Position numbers and translations under genes: made by a program. Shown piece after piece: positions 1-64,000 of a DNA stretch of 64,000 bases. Below the pieces are notes generated by a model. It was given only the letters and a program-made list of their open reading frames with translations, was not told the DNA's origin and did no database searches. The DNA comes from Catajapyx aquilonaris (taxonomy: Eukaryota), in the NCBI GenBank assembly GCA_000934665.2, contig JYFJ02001426.1, positions 1 through 64,000 on the forward strand. Direction: 5' to 3'. How positions within the stretch are numbered: position 1 is the stretch's first letter; the number at the start of each line of letters is the position of its first letter.

Positions 1-444
1 AGTTCTGGTTTGGGACTTTTCTAGGGGTCAGTGATATGTAAGACATGGCTCTGGGAAATTTGAGCGCTCTCCGTGCCCGGGAAGTGGCTTAATTAGGTGT
101 GACATACATACATTTATTAATACGTACAAATATTGAGCTTTATATATATGGGGATTATCACTTATTACTGATCTGACCAATACTCATAATAGCACTTTCT
201 CGTGAGCAAACTAAGATTTTGCAAACATAATATCAGATGCTGACTTTGTGTTGTAATTATTTGATATATACCTACAGCAGATCTTCTATTATAAATGAAA
301 CATTTATACCCTAGTTTGAAGTTATCTTTAAGTTGAAGCTGTGACATTGTAACATTATTTCACTGCATTTGTATTTATTTCACATTGAACAGTGTGGAAA
401 TGAAGGTAAATATTCTTGTACAGCTTTAATCTACAATTTCGCGT

Positions 445-510
445 GGTGAGAATTACAAGGTTGTAACTACATAAGATTTTCATTGCAGTTACAATCTCGT
501 AATTCTCACC
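445..510. repeat. Imperfect 27-bp inverted repeat (probable MITE remnant)
   Basis: ggtgagaattacaaggttgtaactaca (445-471) pairs with tgcagttacaatctcgtaattctcacc (484-510), 3 mismatches. Confidence 0.7.
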
Positions 511-775
511 CCATGATTTTATTAGAATTTCTTTAACTTGAATCTTCCATAACTGGAAGTTTTTCTGGTCCTTTGTTTATAGAGAAGTTGCATTGTACGT
601 ATTTTAAATACCGTGTCATATCTGAAAAGATGAATCATGCACCAGGATGGAATGGGCCATTATATGTGTCTAAGCTCTGCAGCTAAGTATTTCCAAAAGT
701 TATCCAATCTTATTCTGTAGGCTGTATTCATATCACAGATGACTTTTTTTTTCAACAGATCTAGTTTAATTGATA

Positions 776-1774
776 CTAGCAGGTTACCCGGCGTTGCCCG
801 GGTATGTTGGGGTGCTGGTAAAGGTAGGGGTACATATACAGTATTTTAGGAAGTGCGTTTGTTTGTAAAAATTTCCTTTCCATAAACTCGAAACTCGATA
901 TGTCTTAAAATAGGCCTTATAAGTTGCAATAAGCCAAAGTTTGTCACTCTCTGTGATAGATTACCTGCTTGTCTCATAGCGTATGTAGTTGACACAGATA
1001 TTTTGATTGGATGTGTAAAAAGAGGAATGCAGATGGAGTTGGACCAGGAAAAGACTGCACAGCCATGTGTTTTCCCCCCTGCATTTTTGACCCCTTGACC
1101 CTCCAACTCCACTTCACACCCTCACCTCGTTCCATATGTTTGCTCTGAAGAAATTTAGAAATGTACGTACAGATCTCGGTACAGATGCATGGTGGGTATG
1201 GAGAACTTCGAGTTATGTAGAAATTCGAGTTAGGGAAGTTTATTTCCTATTATTTTACATTGTGACCAACCAAGCTCATCATTTTCTTCGACTTATAGAG
1301 AACTTCGACTTAGGGAAGTTCAACTTATGGGAGTTTTACTGATATTTTATTGTACTTATTTTTGTCTGGAAGTCTAGTTGCAAATCCCACAAAATCCCGG
1401 AATGACCACACGATACGAACTCACGTGAGGTGGACAATTAGCGTAATTGGTGGATGCGTTGAATATACGGCAATGCTTTAATTTTCTAGGCGGTATTATT
1501 GCATAAGGGCATTTCCATGGGAATGTGAATCGATATAACTTATTGTTATTTGATGTTTATGTAAGTTAATTGTTAAGGCCTGAGAAGTGAGAAGATTCGG
1601 GAATATGTGTGTTGTGGGAGTTAGGTTCATTTTCGGAAGCTGAAACATGCGGCGTTAGATTCCTTGGAAAATGTAACCCCCGATATGCTAATTCAAGGCG
1701 GTGTAAGGGCCTTCCCCTGGATTTCTATAAGGGACAAACAAACTGACAAACTTCCTTATTTATAGATATAGAGA
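776..1774 (-). mobile_element. Non-autonomous Helitron-like element
   Basis: On the minus strand it starts A|TCTCTATATCTATAAAT at 1774 and ends with a GC-rich hairpin (tacccgg-cgttgc-ccgggta, 785-804) followed by CTAG|T at 776. An ACAA-type repeat lies near the 5' end. These are canonical Helitron termini. Confidence 0.75.
839..1341. mobile_element. Tc1/mariner/pogo-type MITE fragment nested in the Helitron
   Basis: Subterminal repeats ttcga(g/c)tta at 1205-1330 end in gagttttactg (reverse complement CAGTAAAACTC). A TA|CAGTA at 837-843 is a possible left end; that boundary is uncertain. Confidence 0.45.
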
Positions 1775-2116
1775 TTTATCACACCATTATGTCATGTTTG
1801 AATATAGTTATACAAACTGGTTTGCATATGTTTCTGTTTAAGTCAAAAAATTTAGTTCAAAATTAATCATAATTTTAATAGGCCTACACGTGATATTGGA
1901 AACTATTTTGACCTTTCATTTCTCAAATTGTGATTTTTGTTCATTAAATGTTTTCCCAATTATACACACTTTCTTCACATGTTTCAATCAATTTGAGTAT
2001 ATGCCAGTGTATTGTGTTATTCTGAGCAGTTAAAGTTTCACTGTGTCAAGCAGAATTTCTGTCACACTGTGAAGTTTTAAGTGCATTGTTTCTGTAATTG
2101 TATGCCAACATTACAG

Positions 2117-63960
<61,844 letters not shown>

Positions 63961-64000
63961 GTAAAAGACAGAGTTTGTGCAGAAAAATTTAATTCCTTAT

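Overview
Eukaryotic (arthropod, probably insect or crustacean; species not determinable here) genomic DNA occupied almost entirely by an internal part of one giant + strand muscle gene, projectin/twitchin (Drosophila bent). The start codon lies upstream of the window; the kinase and C-terminus lie downstream. I reconstructed about 100 exons by hand from splice sites and frame continuity. The order is six Ig domains, a PEVK/NTCS spring built from about 20 mostly phase-0 micro-exons, six more Ig domains, exactly 14 [Fn3-Fn3-Ig] modules, then the start of the intermediate region. Most of the interesting signal is absent from the ORF track. (1) Two paralogous cassette exons (RRxSL-x-ELIPDWP) are hidden in a 7.3 kb intron right after a DFRxxL motif and resemble the PKA 'D1' site of molluscan catch-muscle twitchin. 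(2) A tandem array of four 54-nt PEVK exons has two decayed copies. (3) There is a triplet of RPGEL micro-exons, two GC-AG introns, candidate truncating exons and a near-perfect intronic hairpin. Introns carry a Helitron, several MITEs, and a long-TIR Tc1/mariner derivative with a complete tRNA-derived SINE nested in it. No prokaryotic systems, CRISPR arrays, rRNA or true tRNA genes were seen. All exon calls are predictions without transcript data.
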